DNA from: Eledone cirrhosa
Lineage: Eukaryota
Direction of reading: 5' to 3'
NCBI GenBank assembly: GCA_964016885.1
Contig: OZ024742.1
Coordinates: 244,838,001-244,902,000 of the forward strand
Length of the DNA stretch: 64,000 nucleotides
Part shown: in pieces, positions 1 to 12,620 of the stretch
Numbering within the stretch: the stretch's first letter is position 1
How the letters are laid out: the number at the start of each line of letters is the position of its first letter
The notes under the pieces: model-generated
The model's input: only the letters and a program-made list of their open reading frames with translations
What the model was told of the DNA's origin: nothing
The model's database searches: none
Translations under genes and position numbers: made by a program

Positions 1-122
1 ATTTCCATTGCTTGATTACTTTTTAGAATCGTTTTCTTCGTCCATCACTTAATCACACGAAAACCGATTTTCCTGATAGGGCTACAAACAGCTGATTACT
101 ATACTTTTCAAGGTTTCATGCT

Positions 123-344
123 ACCTACTTTTTCGCCCACTTATTCCTTGGAGGGTCATGGGGTAGAGTCCTCAAATTCGCCTTCGAGCGGGTCCTATCA
201 GCAGCAACCGTCTCCAATTAATCTGGCTGGATCCCCAAGCGAGACCAGCCAAGCTCATGGATGTTATCCAACCATCTTGCTCGGGGTCTACCCCTGGGTC
301 TCCTGCCGGTTGGTTTTGCCCGTAAAATCTGTCTTGCTCGAGAT
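123..344 (-). mobile_element. 3' fragment of an RTE-clade LINE (family distinct from A/B/C)
   Basis: Minus strand reads ARQILRAKPTGRRPRGRPRARWLDNIHELG, the G-R-RGRP--RW-D-I motif at the C-terminus of RTE ORFs; homologous copy at 14855-15057. Confidence 0.75.
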
Positions 345-749
345 TTACTTGTTACTTTAACATTTAAAAATTCAATGGTAAAAATTCTCTTGAAAATCAT
401 ATCGATTACCAATTAAACAAAGGTTTTCATAGAACCAGGGTAGAAATAACTTGATCAACTAAAGAGACAGATTGGACACTGCTAATTTCTGTGACATTTG
501 TTAACGTTAGTTGCCAGTCACGTTTAATATAGTTATCTGTTCTAGTATGATTTTTCCATGTATGTGAAAAACTATAGTATTTTGAAAACTTGCTTACGTG
601 CCCGTCGGCACACTGATAACTTTGAGATAACATTGATGAAATCGCTAGTGACTGATATCGAATATTTAAACTGAAACTTCCATTATTCTTTCTTTTTCTT
701 TTGCAAACCGGGGCCCTTGTTATCATATGTCTCGTTTAGGTGTATAGAG

Positions 750-1752
750 TCGACATTCGGTTTTATACTTTCGTTATGCAGTAGAACCACTTTCAAGCAT
801 AGTTGTGATAAATCAATAAAGAGACGCAAGTTAAATGCTGCATGAGTCTAAGACAAGTGGGTGAAGAATTCATTAATATCATTGCCATAATAGAGCTGGT
901 CATATATCGTAAAGCATGTTGCCAAATTAAAATTTCGCTTTCAATAGTAATTCACTCGCACATTTTAGCCAAATAAATCCTCTTCCTCGAGTCGAGAAGC
1001 TGTGAATTCTCTTTTGACAGCATCTCTAATATGATCATTCAAACACTCTTGAGTTAATAAACTTGGCTCAAATTCTTCATCGGGTATATTATTCGGGGTC
1101 TGTTGAAGCTCCAGCACTTTAACCAACTGCATCCTCAACATTGTTCATTTCATCATTTATGGAAGCTAGCTCATCATTTTGGAGAAAGGGAATGGGTAGT
1201 TTCATCGTGTTGCATTGGCCTGTTGTGCTGCATATAGATTTGTATAGATAATCGTGTTTGTTCTTTGCGGGGAAACTCAATTATGTTAACACTACAGAAA
1301 TAGCAGACAATATGACAATGTCTTTGTTCTCTCCATATTATGGGTACAGGGAAGTCTATGGATCATCTTTTGTTTAACCAAACATGTAGTTTACTTGAAC
1401 AAGCAGAGCAGATCTGCCTATTTCGTCACCGAAATGACAACGAAAGTATATTTGAAAATTTCAGCAGATCCGATGTGGTACTGACTGCTTGTCTTAGTCA
1501 TCTTAATGACAACGAACGTATATTTAATATTTGAAAATGTGAACATACCAAGCACAGAAAATAACTTTTCCGTCGCCAAGAGTAGTTCACCCAATGTTCT
1601 CTATTATTGTCTATAGTAATCGACTGTTATTATAGTTATTTTCTGCGCTTCGGACGCTCAGATTTAAAAATTTTAAACACTTTGATTTTTCATAAGATAC
1701 ATTTCCTATATATCCGTAAGATACATTTACTATATATTCATAAGATCCAGTG
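750..1752 (-). pseudogene. Decayed DNA-transposon transposase with one terminus (Tc1/mariner-superfamily, m44-like as recalled; family name uncertain)
   Basis: Manual minus-strand translation across frameshifts gives, in order, ICSACSSKLHVWLNK..FPVPIIWREQRH..VCYFCSVN, TQECLNDHIRD, and LRLFIDLSQLCLKVVLLHNESIKP. These match the WREP-H--DCYFC, LNDL-RDL and RLFIDSS--SLK-VLLHNGN motifs of an invertebrate transposase family. Putative terminus CACTG ends at 1752, followed by TA. Confidence 0.65.
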
Positions 1753-2118
1753 TAAAAGTACCACTTTCACGAAGTATGTTGATTAAATGGCAACGATTGA
1801 GCAAATATTCTGAAAAAATACATTTTAAGTATAATTATAAAAGGATAAGAGTAGTTTTCTGACTGGGTATCGAATTTTCCGTGAGTAAGGGAGAGAAATT
1901 GGCGAAGAAAGGAACAAAATATTTCTCTTTTTTCTTCTTTATTTTTCTCTTAAGTCAAAAACACCATATTTATACAACCAATTTTAATTCAATTGAATTT
2001 AATTAGTGTTTTTCTCAACTCATATCCACAGAAAAGTTGTTATTCGTACAAATTAACAGGTTTACAGATATTCAGTTATTTTTTTTATTATCTTATATTA
2101 AAATCTCACGTTCTACAC

Positions 2119-2425
2119 CAGGGGTGTGCAACATATTCCATTGGTGGCCCACTTTTGAACACTGGAACAACTATTAGGGCCATTAATATTTATTAAGCAC
2201 TATTCCAAAGATTCACAACTTCTTTCCATAACATGGAACTGGGAAATTATAACACACACAACCCTATCAGTGAAGCCCTTTAGTATAGGTCAACTAACAG
2301 AAAATTGTATTACGGTTATGAAAGAAATTCTAAATAAGTCTACAAGGTAAAAATTGAAAATGGTCATCGCGGGCCACTCTGACTGGTCTGGCGGGCCGGA
2401 TTCGGCCCGCCTATTGACGCCCCTG
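2119..2425. mobile_element. hAT (Charlie-type) MITE, 307 bp
   Basis: Termini CAGGGGTGTGCAA...TTGACGCCCCTG; subterminal GGCCC/GGGCC motifs; 8-bp TSD TTCTACAC (2111-2118) / ATCTACAC (2426-2433). Confidence 0.85.
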
Positions 2426-4294
2426 ATCTACACCATGTATACTGTAAGAGAAGAGAAGATACAAAAACAAGAGACTGAAAGGTAGTAATAGATTTTATTT
2501 TTTTCTCGCGTGTAGTAAAGGAGAGATTCAGAGACGATGTAAAAAAATTTTTTTTTAAAGTGTTGAATTTACTCAGTTCATAATTCTTGATCCGCAAAAC
2601 CAGAGCAGTTCGTTCAAATTTAAATTCGAATATTATGCAAATTTATAAAATAACTGATCTCATCTCCCAAACCATACGTGCAAAGTGAAGAATCAAAGAC
2701 TTTGTCAATAGTATTTTTCAAAATGGTTTCTGGTTCTCCGATGAAAGTTCTTTATTGACCTGTGCAATGAGAGTGAGGCACTCAAAGCGTTAATTAAAAC
2801 ATGTTAGTGGAAATCAGACCTAGGGCAAGACGTTTTATTTCGTGTCGCATTCATGATAAGACTGGGTACCCTATCATTAAAACACACACACACTTTCTAT
2901 GAGATGCAACCTTTTGAGAGACTAACTAAACCTATGTAGGTGTGAGCTGTAAATTTCATTCCAATTGAAGCATTACGTTCTATCTACCAAGTACAAAATA
3001 AAGTATCAGTATTAGAAAAACAGTATTAAACAATAATTTGGTATAAGTGTCTCTTCCCAGCTACGTGTATCAGAGTTCCAGTCACGTACACTCTTACACA
3101 AATGTTAACCGTCTGGATGTCACTCTTTCTACGAAGAGAGACTTCGAAAAGAACCTTTAATTGAGACAACACCTAATCCCCTTCAACTGAACTAAATCAT
3201 TTATCAGTGCAAATACCAAAGAAACAGTTATATAGTATATCCTCTCCGCCTCTGAACAATACACCACTGAAGTCCCACTCTCTCAACTCGTTGCAAAATG
3301 CTAGTCATCACAATCTCTAACTGTATTTTATAGTGACTGCCCATATATGATATTGCCAAAACTGTCCCCCAAAGACTTTGTCTCGTAGTTGGACATTATG
3401 TTGCTAGTGGGAAAATTATTTGCAATGCTCTAGAGCCTTTTCCACTAAATCATGATTTGTTTTTTGTACGCTTAACACCTCAGAGCTTGTAAACATATCT
3501 CTATAGTTTAGTGTGTGTATGCGTTTGCGTATGTAATCACACATAAGTGCAAATAGGGGAACAATTACTTTACTTGTACATTATTTACGCTTCTTTCTGT
3601 TGATGATTGATCCCATCTGAATATATGTACTAGCATGTGTGAACAATGTTTCTTTAGGTAAAGCTCTTAAAGCGATCCTTTGAGAAAAGAAGTAAAGTTA
3701 ACAACTCGCCTTATGTCAGGAAAGTGAATAAGCAATCTATCCATTTGACGAAAATCTATTATAATACGCTGTAAACTTTCTCCCAACACATGTTTATAAT
3801 ATATTTAAAGTTGTTTTACAACGTCACTAGTCTTTGAAGTAATATATTTTATTTTATTTTAGTTGACTTCTTTTTCTATTGTCCAACGTGTTAAGTTCGT
3901 TTTTCTGCACGTTAATTTTGGAAACTTAGAATGAAAACAAGAATGAAAAAGTCAACCCTGATGTGACAGATCCGGTGAATATAGAACATTTACTAAACTT
4001 TAGTCTTTTAGGTGTGGTCGGATATGTGTAGAGCCGCATATTTATCACTGAAAAATGAAAAAAAAAAAAAAAACAACAACAAACAAAGCCATTTTTATGA
4101 CTAGTGTAAAAGAGCTGTCTCGTGAAATTGAAACAGTTCAGTCGTTGAGAAACTTCAATGTTCAGATCAACACGATTTCAACCAAACGCTTAACTGAATA
4201 ATCCTTAATAGAGTTTAACAATTCGAAATGACATTATTTTTAATTTTTCAAATAAAATACATGCTTGATTTTCATGGGGGTGGAGGGCAGTATC

Positions 4295-4446
4295 CAGTGC
4301 CGGATTTAGGGCAAATGTGGCCTGTGCTAGTTAAGTTAGAGCCCCCTTACTTGGGTCCTAAAGGAGGTAAACATTTTTTGGCAGGAAGATGGGCCTCTCT
4401 GGTCAACACCTGTGCACACCTAAACACAATGGTAAATCCGGCACTG
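4295..4446. mobile_element. hAT-type MITE, 152 bp
   Basis: Perfect 14-bp TIR CAGTGCCGGATTTA / TAAATCCGGCACTG; 8-bp TSD GCAGTATC (4287-4294) / TCAGTATC (4447-4454). Confidence 0.88.
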
Positions 4447-5202
4447 TCAGTATCAATCCGTAGAGGCTATAAGATGGCGATTCAGAGGTTACATTGTACG
4501 TATGTCCGGTTAAACATTCACATTTTGGAAAAGTATCCCTGAAAGAAACTGCACCTCAATAGAATTTCTCACAGGGGCCTTGTCAACACGTGCTCGCTTT
4601 AAGTTAATTCCTGTTCATTTAGATTCTATAGGGATTACTAGTCGTGATGGGTTGAACAAAGTTTTTGATACAGACAGTAGCTCAAAGTTACCACGTCTGA
4701 AGTCGAAATGGCCATGTTGTTACGTGTGTCCCCGCTATATATATAGTCATATAGTCAACCTAAATTGAAAATAACTTCCTATGTCTTGTTTCATTTCATT
4801 TCCTACTTCCACATTAGTTATATGTCGTTTGATGCAGCTTTATTTCCTCTTCCAGACTAGTACAGCTATTCCCTAGTTGGTGGTGGGCTCTGCTGTGACT
4901 GCCATTGATACTGTGGAGTGGTGCCGATGTATTATCTTGTTAACTGATACATATCAGAGAATGAGACATTTCCACAAACATGAAAATATTTCGTAAATTG
5001 CGTATAGACAATTACACAAAAGGAAATATGAACGTTGCCTCAAGTGTGTATGTGAGAGGGTGGGTGGGAGAAAGTGTGTGTGGAGGGGAGAGAGATTTCA
5101 CTATTAAAAGGTTATACAAATGGTATATATTTGGTTCAACATCATGCATAAAACTGAATATAGAACCAGAGAAAAATGGGTGTATTTTATCTCTAATCTA
5201 CT

Positions 5203-5485
5203 AAGCCCTAGTCGAATAGACTTATGATTAAAAGCGTTCCAGCCGTGACAATTCCGTTTTATTATTTTCATAGTGTTTCTACGACTTCATTCCGCCGAGG
5301 TTGACTTTGCCTTTCATCCTTACGGGGTCGATAAAATAAAGTACCAGTAATGCACTGGGTATTTGCTGGCCTTGTGCCTAAAATAGAAACAATTATTTTA
5401 TGACACTTAGACTGTAATTTAAGGAAAAGTTTGCTGTTATTTCTAGCTGGTAGGGTGACAGTTAATGTTTCCTTGTTGACTTAGT
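5203..5485 (-). mobile_element. Old interspersed retro-repeat ((CAA)n-tailed family), interrupted by a SINE
   Basis: Similar to 9112-9237 and to the reverse complement of 10405-10621. Confidence 0.5.
5290..5397 (+). mobile_element. 5'-truncated tRNA-derived SINE (family S1)
   Basis: Core GCCGAGGTTGACTTTGCCTTTCATCCTTACGGGGTCGATAAAATAAAGTACCAG and 3' GGCCTTGTGCCTAAAATAGAAACAATTATT, shared with at least 7 other copies in the window. Confidence 0.8.
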
Positions 5486-5732
5486 TGTTGCTGTCAGTTG
5501 GTGTAATATATCTCAGTGGAAGGAGAGTCAAACAAGCAACAATATAAACATGTCAATCGTGTTCCATGTAAATATTTTCAAATTATTTGTTTTATTTCTT
5601 GCTTTGACTTTTTGTTCCAATGGAATTTGAGCAGTATGGCTTACATTTTGAAGTATTTACCATTCAGATACCTTATTTTATACGATCTCTTTTACCTCGT
5701 TTCTCCTGGGAATACATCTTAAAACTTCAGAA

Positions 5733-6225
5733 TGGCTTGGTAGAAATGTAAGTGTCCGACAAAATGCGCAACATTAGCGTAGAGTTACGGCCATTCGGCC
5801 ATTTATGTTCTGAGTTCAAATCCCGCCGAGGTTAACTTTGGCTTTTATCCTTACGGGATCGATAAAATAAAGCACCAGTAACACTGGGTCGATTTAATCC
5901 CCCCCCCCCCAATGTCTGGCCTTGTGTCTATAGTAGAAACCTTTTGAATTGGCAGTATCGGTAGAGGGTTGGACGCCATGCTTTCTAGCATAGTTACGTC
6001 CCTTTACGGTTTGAGTTCAAATCCCTTCGAGGTTAACTTTGCCTTTCATCCTTATGGGGGTCGATAAAATAAAGTACCAGTAATGTACTGGATAATTTCT
6101 GGCCTTGTGGAAAAATTGGAAACAATTATTAAGTAACGGTCTTTAATTCCGTTGAGATCAACTTTGCCTTTCATCATGCTGGGATTGATAAAATCAAATC
6201 CCAGTCAAGTACTGCTGTAGATTTA
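5733..6225 (+). mobile_element. Tandem cluster of S1 SINEs (about 5733-5940, 5946-6130, partial 6145-6225)
   Basis: A-box-like TGGCAGTATCGGTAGAG, B-box GAGTTCAAATCC, then the S1 core in the first two; the third has core only. Confidence 0.8.
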
Positions 6226-6327
6226 TATTCCTATAATACATCCTAAATATAAATATTATATTATATTTTTTTTAAATATTGAAAAATACTGTTTCAGTTT
6301 GTAATGTAAACATTTGCGACTTAGAAA

Positions 6328-6478
6328 ATAACTATTTCCAACATTGGCAGAAGGCCAGAATTTAGGGGAAAGGGAGAAAGTCGATTATATCGACTCTAAT
6401 ACTTGACTGGTACTTTATTTTATCAACCTACCCCAAAGCATTTTGTCTGACGCTCTACCAATACTGCAAATTCAACGT
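6328..6478 (-). mobile_element. Internally deleted S1 SINE
   Basis: Reverse-complement S1 pieces CTGGTACTTTATTTTATC and CTCTACCAATACTGC. Confidence 0.6.
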
Positions 6479-6857
6479 CCTCAACTCAGAAAATAAACAA
6501 CCGGCTTATTTTATCTATAAATGATTGTACCCACGGAACATCAGAAAGCATATGGAGTTTGCGTGTTCAAATTTATTAAAGAGCTGATGAGAAATGTCGA
6601 GACTATTTATTACCTTTGAGCTGACCTTACGATTGTCGGTCACCTCTTGTCACTCCAATTTCCTCTCTTAGATTATGACTATCACAGGTCAATGAAATTT
6701 AAGATTTCTTTTCTTACTCTATATCTCCACCATCAAACAAAACATCAGGCTGTTGCTAATTTACGAATGTTACAATACAACACATATTAATGGAATTATG
6801 CGCAGATAATGTATAGCTGGATTTAATCTGGATTAAATCTTGCACGGAATGTGTGTG

Positions 6858-6859
6858 TA

Positions 6860-6908
<49 letters not shown>
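6858..6908. repeat. (TA)n microsatellite
   Basis: Near-perfect TA run seen directly. Confidence 0.95.
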
Positions 6909-6914
<6 letters not shown>

Positions 6915-7144
6915 TTCTTGTTTGACAAGTGATTAGATTTGAGATTATATTGAAACTGAATTACACCGTGGAATAGTAAGTTCAGTCGTTTAAAAAGCGC
7001 ACAAAATCTACGAAATAATTTTAAGTAAATATACAAGTCGTGCTTTATATATTAGTTATTTCAGTCTGCGGCACTGACTCGACGAACAGTGTCTGCTTTT
7101 CTTTTGGTAAGTTCCTACACAAATATAGTTTTACATGCTTGAGC

Positions 7145-7387
7145 TTAGTATTTATTTTATCGATCACTATTTGCCGAACCGGTAGGTTATGGAAGATAAA
7201 TAGTTAACTAAACATAGATATACACGATGGGCTTCCAAGTCCAGAGTGGTACAGTCTTCACTCACCGCATTTTATTCACAAGGAATTGGTCAAATTGAGG
7301 CTATAGTAGAAGACACTTGCCCACAGTTCGACTGAACAAAAAACCATGTGGCTACGAAGCGAACTCCTGAACCACACAGCCATGACT
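7145..7387 (-). mobile_element. tRNA-derived SINE family S2 (resembles octopus OK/OR-type CORE-like SINEs)
   Basis: Minus strand: TGGCTGTGTGGTT...CCACATGGTT...GGGCAAGTGTCTTCTACTATAGCCTC...CGGTTCGGCAAA...GATCGATAAAATAA; second decayed copy at 13905-14075. Confidence 0.7.
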
Positions 7388-7949
7388 ACTTTTTTCTTCG
7401 TTTGTTGATAAATAACATTCTTCTTCATACTGGAAGAAAGTGTTGTAGTCAGAACTGGAGTGGATTGAGCCCTGCTAAATTTAGATGCCTTATATATGCT
7501 GTATGTCAAGAAGAACCAAAAACACGGTACATACAAGCATACTTATACATGTAAACGCACGATTCCTAACTAGCGCTTTCATTCAACTAATAAATTCGCG
7601 CATGTCGTGAAGTAATTAAATTCACTAAATAAAACCTGATTGTCACAAACATTTTAAATTGCGTTATCTAATTAAGTACTAATTGATAGAGCAAGCTGCT
7701 GCATACTTTACAATACTTTAAGATTAAAGACAAAATGATTTATTTCCTTTAACTATAATACAAACTTACACATACATATATAAACATGCACACACATCAA
7801 ACCAACCAAAGCGCTCTTGTCATATGACTATATTCTGCATTTTGTTTTTCTTTTCTGTGTCAGACTTTCTTGTCGGGTTTTGGCGGTTCTGTTTTGTTAC
7901 TAATCCAGACCAGACACATTGCTATGCTTGGTATGCAGAGTGGGGAGAA

Positions 7950-8600
7950 AACACCCACTCACTCAAAAGTTTTCTCTCATTTCATCTTAGTTTTCCTCGT
8001 CGGTCCGTTTCCATTTCTTTTCTCCCCGTTCCCCTCTAGTTTTCTATACCACCGCCGTATAACTTCCCCCCTTTTCTTCTTTCTTCTTTTCTTTTCTCCC
8101 GATTCCTACTTAGCCACGCCACGATGTCATTTTTTTTCTTTCTTTTTAGCATACGGACGGGCAGCCAATTCGACAGAGAGGGGAGGCGCGGTAGTGTAGA
8201 CAAATGAGGGTGAGGGGGTTCATGAGGGTGAAGAGATTGTGCGGTAGCGTAGACAAATGAAGGTGAGGAGAAAGAGAGATGAATATCGTTTCTTAAGGGA
8301 GTGATGATACCGTTCTCGAGGGGAAAGATATTGAGAAAAACGGAAGAGGAAAGAAGGTTCAACGCTGAGGGGAATCTGAATGAGATAGGGTGAGGATGGG
8401 GGTAGGGGAAAGACAAGAGAACTGGAGTGGGAGATAAGAGAGTGAAGAAAGTTAGAGAAAAATATATTACGTGTGGCCCATATGAAAATGTACTGAAATC
8501 AAATAAAACTACCCCAAAACAAAACAAAACAACCCAATCTCTACGTCATAATCGGAAACGTGAGGCGAGTTTAATGCGGTTTTATATATATAAATAGAAC
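7950..8600. promoter_or_regulatory. Possible promoter/first-exon region of an unidentified gene
   Basis: Non-repeat, relatively CpG-rich island with a sharp CT-rich to GA-rich switch at about 8150, CCAAT (8165), CRE-like TACGTCA (8542) and a minus-strand donor-like GTGAGT near 7960. No coding exon identified. Confidence 0.25.
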
Positions 8601-8682
8601 GCAAACATTTACAATGAAGCTCGTTCTAACATATTTTAAATGTTCTTTTCCTTAAACACGACGTAATAAGTTAATTGGGCGC

Positions 8683-8817
8683 ACCTCTCTTTCTTTCTTT
8701 CTTTCTTTCTTTTTCTCTTTTTCTTTTTCTTTTTCTTTTTCTCTCTTTTTGTTTCTTTTGTTTCTTTTTGTTTCTTTCTCTTTCTTTCTTCTTTTCTTTC
8801 TTTATTTTCTTCTTTTT
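8683..8817. repeat. Polypyrimidine (CTTT-rich) low-complexity tract
   Basis: Seen directly. Confidence 0.9.
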
Positions 8818-8987
8818 AACTTAGGCACACCCATAACACGTAGCCACACACGCACTCCATAGCTCAAGGTCTCCTTGTCTTCCAGCTAAATCATATTGTT
8901 TACAATTTAGAAAATAAATGACGTTTTTCCTTCACAGATCTGGTTGATACCATCTTTCCTCATATTATTTCATGTCAAACGTCATCG

Positions 8988-9034
<47 letters not shown>

Positions 9035-9239
9035 GACACTAGAAATGGTAGACACTGCTAATTTAATTTTATATTCAATAAGTTATTGTCCATTACGCTG
9101 TTACATACACTCAAGTCAGCCCTAATTCTACAAACTTATGAGCAAAGGTATTCCTGCCATAACCATACCATCTTTTTGTTAATTGTGGGATCTGATTTGA
9201 GGAATACTAGCAGATCAAGTGACAACATGGAGACTCACA

Positions 9240-9421
9240 AATAATTGTTTCTACTTTAGGCACAAGGCCAGCAATTACCCAGTGCATTACTGGTACTTTA
9301 TTTTATCGACCCCGTAAGGATGAAAGGCAAAGTTAACCTCGGCGGGATTTGAACTCAGACCGTAAAGGGACGTAACTATGCTGGAAAGCATGGCGTCCGA
9401 CTCTCTACCGATACTGCCAAT
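9240..9421 (-). mobile_element. Near full-length S1 SINE
   Basis: Reverse complement of A box, B box (GGATTTGAACTC), S1 core and ATT tail. Confidence 0.85.
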
Positions 9422-9796
9422 CACAAATAATGTTTGTAAATTGTTTTATATTGGCCTGATAGGATAATGTATACCTGTTAAAATCTCATGTCAATTATTA
9501 TTGCTAATACCAATGAGTTCAGATAGAGAAAACAAGACGAGTCTGTAGCAGTGGAGACTTCCGGAATTCTTGGACCCTGGGCCACATCCGTACTCACTGC
9601 TATTGGAGTGGAGTTGGCTATCCGCAAGTGTAAACTAGGTTAATGGCAAATTTTGCAACACCCCTTCTATTAATTATGTTCCGAACAATAGTTTAAAGCT
9701 ATTTCCTCTCTTTTCTGTCGACATGCATGTAGTCATAAGGGCAGCGTTTCTTGGTATTTTAAATCTGGCAGAGCCCATTCCCTTCAGTTCTAAACA

Positions 9797-9970
9797 CAGC
9801 CAATTGCTTCCAGAGAGTGAAAAAGGAGAATTGACCAAAGTACTAGACTGGCACTTTCAAAAAGATAAAGAGCAAAGTTGACCTCGTTGTAATTTGAACT
9901 CTGAGCGCAGAGAGCCTGAACGAATACCGCAAAGAATTCCAGCTGACGTTCTAATGAGTCTGTCAGTTCA
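9797..9970 (-). mobile_element. Degenerate S1 SINE
   Basis: GCAAAGTTGACCTCG...ATTTGAACTC match the S1 core and B box. Confidence 0.55.
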
Positions 9971-10404
9971 CCTTGTCTTCCGTTGACATACACACCATAA
10001 AAAAAAGCAAACAGAATTAACTCAGGAATATCACTGACGGGAAATCATTGAGACACAAACAGCATTTAGAATTATTTACTTTTAAAAAATTATTATAAGT
10101 CATTAAAATTTTATTTGTTTAACAATTTTTTTAAAGACAATTCTTATATATTTTTGAGATAACTAGGTGTTTATAAAGAAAAGATCTTCATCTTATCAAC
10201 TTGAAAGTGAAGCATTGATAGCTCCTGTTTGTGTTTACCAATTCCAAGAGCTGTCTTGTCTAGATAAATCCTTGACATGTTACGCAAGCAAATAGTGACA
10301 ATAAACGTTATCTAAAAATCCACCTAAGAAAAATCTTTTTATCATGATCTCATTTTACAGGTGATTAAAAATCAGTCTCTCCTTGGCTGACATCCTTTCT
10401 TTCA

Positions 10405-10621
10405 TGAGCCTAACGAGAGAGCCTCAACATGGTCGCTTAACTTGCTAGAAAAAGCAGTTAAATCTCCCTCAAATCAAATACTACCATCACAAAATCAAAA
10501 GACATTAGATTGTGTGGTTCTGAGTTCCTTGCACATAGAAAAAAGATGGTCATAGTTGGAATGTCTTTGATTATAGGTTGAAATGCTCAATCATGGTTGA
10601 CTTGGGGCTAAACAACAACAC
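10405..10621 (+). mobile_element. (CAA)n-tailed retro-repeat
   Basis: Ends GGTTGACTTGGGGCTAAACAACAAC; homologs in opposite orientation at 5203-5485 and 9112-9237. Confidence 0.55.
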
Positions 10622-10935
10622 CTTTCTTTCTGTAACAATTAGTAGAAAGCATTACAAGTTTTTCAAGGAATGTACATTATTTTACCTTGAACTAAATTCC
10701 ATCCACTTGCTTAGCCAGATCAACTTCTCTGGGGGAATAAGTAAACAATAAAACCTACTTATTTTATTATTTTAACATTTTAGTCTTGTAGATAAAAACA
10801 TCAAGTAAATTGACTTTGTAGCACTGTTACAAAATGAGAAGTTGTTTGTATTTTAATTCCACCTTAAATATTATCTTTACATTGTATGTCATTGTCTTCT
10901 AATATGTGAAATATTTAGCACACTATAAATAATAT

Positions 10936-11180
10936 AAGGCTGTAGTGTTGGTGCAATAACAAAGAGCACCCAGTTCACCCTGTAAGGTGGTAGTGTTGGA
11001 ATCATAATAAGATGATCCAAGTCCACCTTGTATGGTGGTAGTGCGGGAGCTACAACAGAAAGCACCCAGTTCACCCATTAAGGTTGTAGTGCTGGTGCTA
11101 CAACAAAAAGCACACATTTCACTCTGTAAGGTTGTAGTGCTGGGGAGCTATAAAATGTTCCCAGTCCACCCTGTAAGTGC
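10936..11180 (+). repeat. Degenerate tandem repeat, about 48-bp unit x5, derived from the RTE UTR module
   Basis: Units start at about 10936, 10983, 11031, 11079 and 11127; consensus TAAGGTTGTAGTGCTGGTGC...AAAGCACCCAGTTCACCCTG resembles 50762-50808. Confidence 0.8.
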
Positions 11181-11220
11181 TGGTCTGGTGTCATGACAAA
11201 ATAACATTAATATTATTATG

Positions 11221-11417
11221 GGCAGTGGATTGGCTGTATCGGTAGAGCATCAGGCACCATGCTTTGCAGCATAGTTATGGCCCTTTACGTTCTGAGTTCA
11301 AATACTGCTGAGGTTAACTTCACCTTTCATCCTTACGGGGGTCGATAAAATAAAGTACCAGTAATGTACTCGAGTAATTGCTGGCTTTGAGCCAAAAGTA
11401 GAAACAATTATTATTAT
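11221..11417 (+). mobile_element. Full-length S1 SINE
   Basis: GGCAGTGGATTGGCTGTATCGGTAGAG head, GAGTTCAAAT B box, core, (ATT)n tail. Confidence 0.85.
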
Positions 11418-11590
11418 TTTTATTGTGTCATCATTGCATTACTGAGCACAGCTCTGTGTGCCATGGGTATGTGCAGTGTTGGTTTTAGAGTTGTTGTGTC
11501 TATTGTATTGAATGTACTCATTGTAATATGTGTGCAGTGCCTAGTAGTACTATTTTATAATTCCTAGGGCTTTCTGTGTTTTTATTGTTG
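11410..11590 (-). mobile_element. 3' fragment of a Dong/R4-like (RLE) non-LTR element
   Basis: Minus strand reads KIVLLGTAHILQ (cf. the R4/Dong C-terminal QK--LLGTAHILR), then a short 3' UTR and a (TAA)n tail. Confidence 0.6.
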
Positions 11591-12521
11591 TTTTCGTTAT
11601 TATTATTGTTGCTATAATTTATCTATCTCACATAGAGGTGAGAAATAAAGCTAGTTTATTGATTGAAAATAACCAGCGATGATTCATTAGCCCTATTGAT
11701 TTCTGGGGAGGAGATATTTATGATCTAGGAATGGTACATTGGAGTATCTTTTGAGTACCTTCTCCCGTGGAGCAATTTAAATTTGGCACTTCAAACTTCT
11801 TGTTGCGTATGAGACTGTTGCTGTCTCAGGTTGTTATCTTCGCCTGATTGAGATCAGATTCCCGGGCCCACTGTAAGGAAGTTGACAACTTGGGCCTATA
11901 CTTCTCTAAGGTCTATAGTCACAACTAACTGAACTATCAAATGAATGTTTTTGTATCTTTTGTAAACACACACACAGTACAATATCAAACAGTTCAGCTC
12001 AATGATTTGTCATTTTGTAGACCACAACTCTATTGATTAAGCTAGTTTACCTTTCATATTTCATGAAACTTCATGTTATTAAAGATTGTTTTCCAATTAG
12101 ATAAGCTGCAATGTTTAGCTATTGATTCTTTTATTGATTTCTTCTCCGAAATAGAGATGGCCACCTCAGTTAATTTCATCTTCTACTACTCTCCATTCAT
12201 ATGTTAGTTTTGGCAACATTATAGATTGAATACATTTTCCTCAATATTTGAAAAAATGATTTGGAAATAAAGAAGTATTGTCATATGCCTAAAATGATAA
12301 CTTCACTATTGTAACTCATTACACACATCAAAATGTCAACTGTGATTGTGATTAAAATACTTTATTATTCATTTTAATAGCAGTTCTGAACATTTTATTC
12401 CAAAGTTAAAAACCTAATTTCTTGACTGAGCTTTAAGAACGTTATAAATATATCTTTTTCAAAGAGAAAACTTAAAATCTTAATATTTGTCACATATACA
12501 GTTTATTGAGGGACAAATTGA

Positions 12522-12620
12522 AGGCACATGGCTTAGACGTTAGAGAGGTTGCGAGTTCAATGCCCGGATCAGGCGATGCATTACATCTTTGAGCAAGACA
12601 GTTTATTTCATGTTGCTCTT
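12522..12620 (+). mobile_element. 5' head of a tRNA-derived SINE (CORE/V-like)
   Basis: TGGCTTAG A-box, GAGTTCAATGCCC B-box, then TTGAGCAAGACAGTTTATTTCA. Confidence 0.55.

Noticed and set aside
6578-6620. CTGATGA...GAGAC as a hammerhead
   Set aside because: The GAAA core is altered and there is no convincing stem I or II.
7064-7105. Possible 42-nt exon (TTTCAG...GTAAGT), and a similar minus-strand candidate near 598-670
   Set aside because: Splice-like motifs alone, with no recognisable protein or partner exons.
10936-11180. 48-bp repeats with variable parts as a CRISPR
   Set aside because: The variable parts are homologous to one another; it is a degenerate minisatellite.
5733-12620. A/B-box sequences as tRNA genes
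   Set aside because: No cloverleaf; they are SINE heads followed by SINE body sequence.
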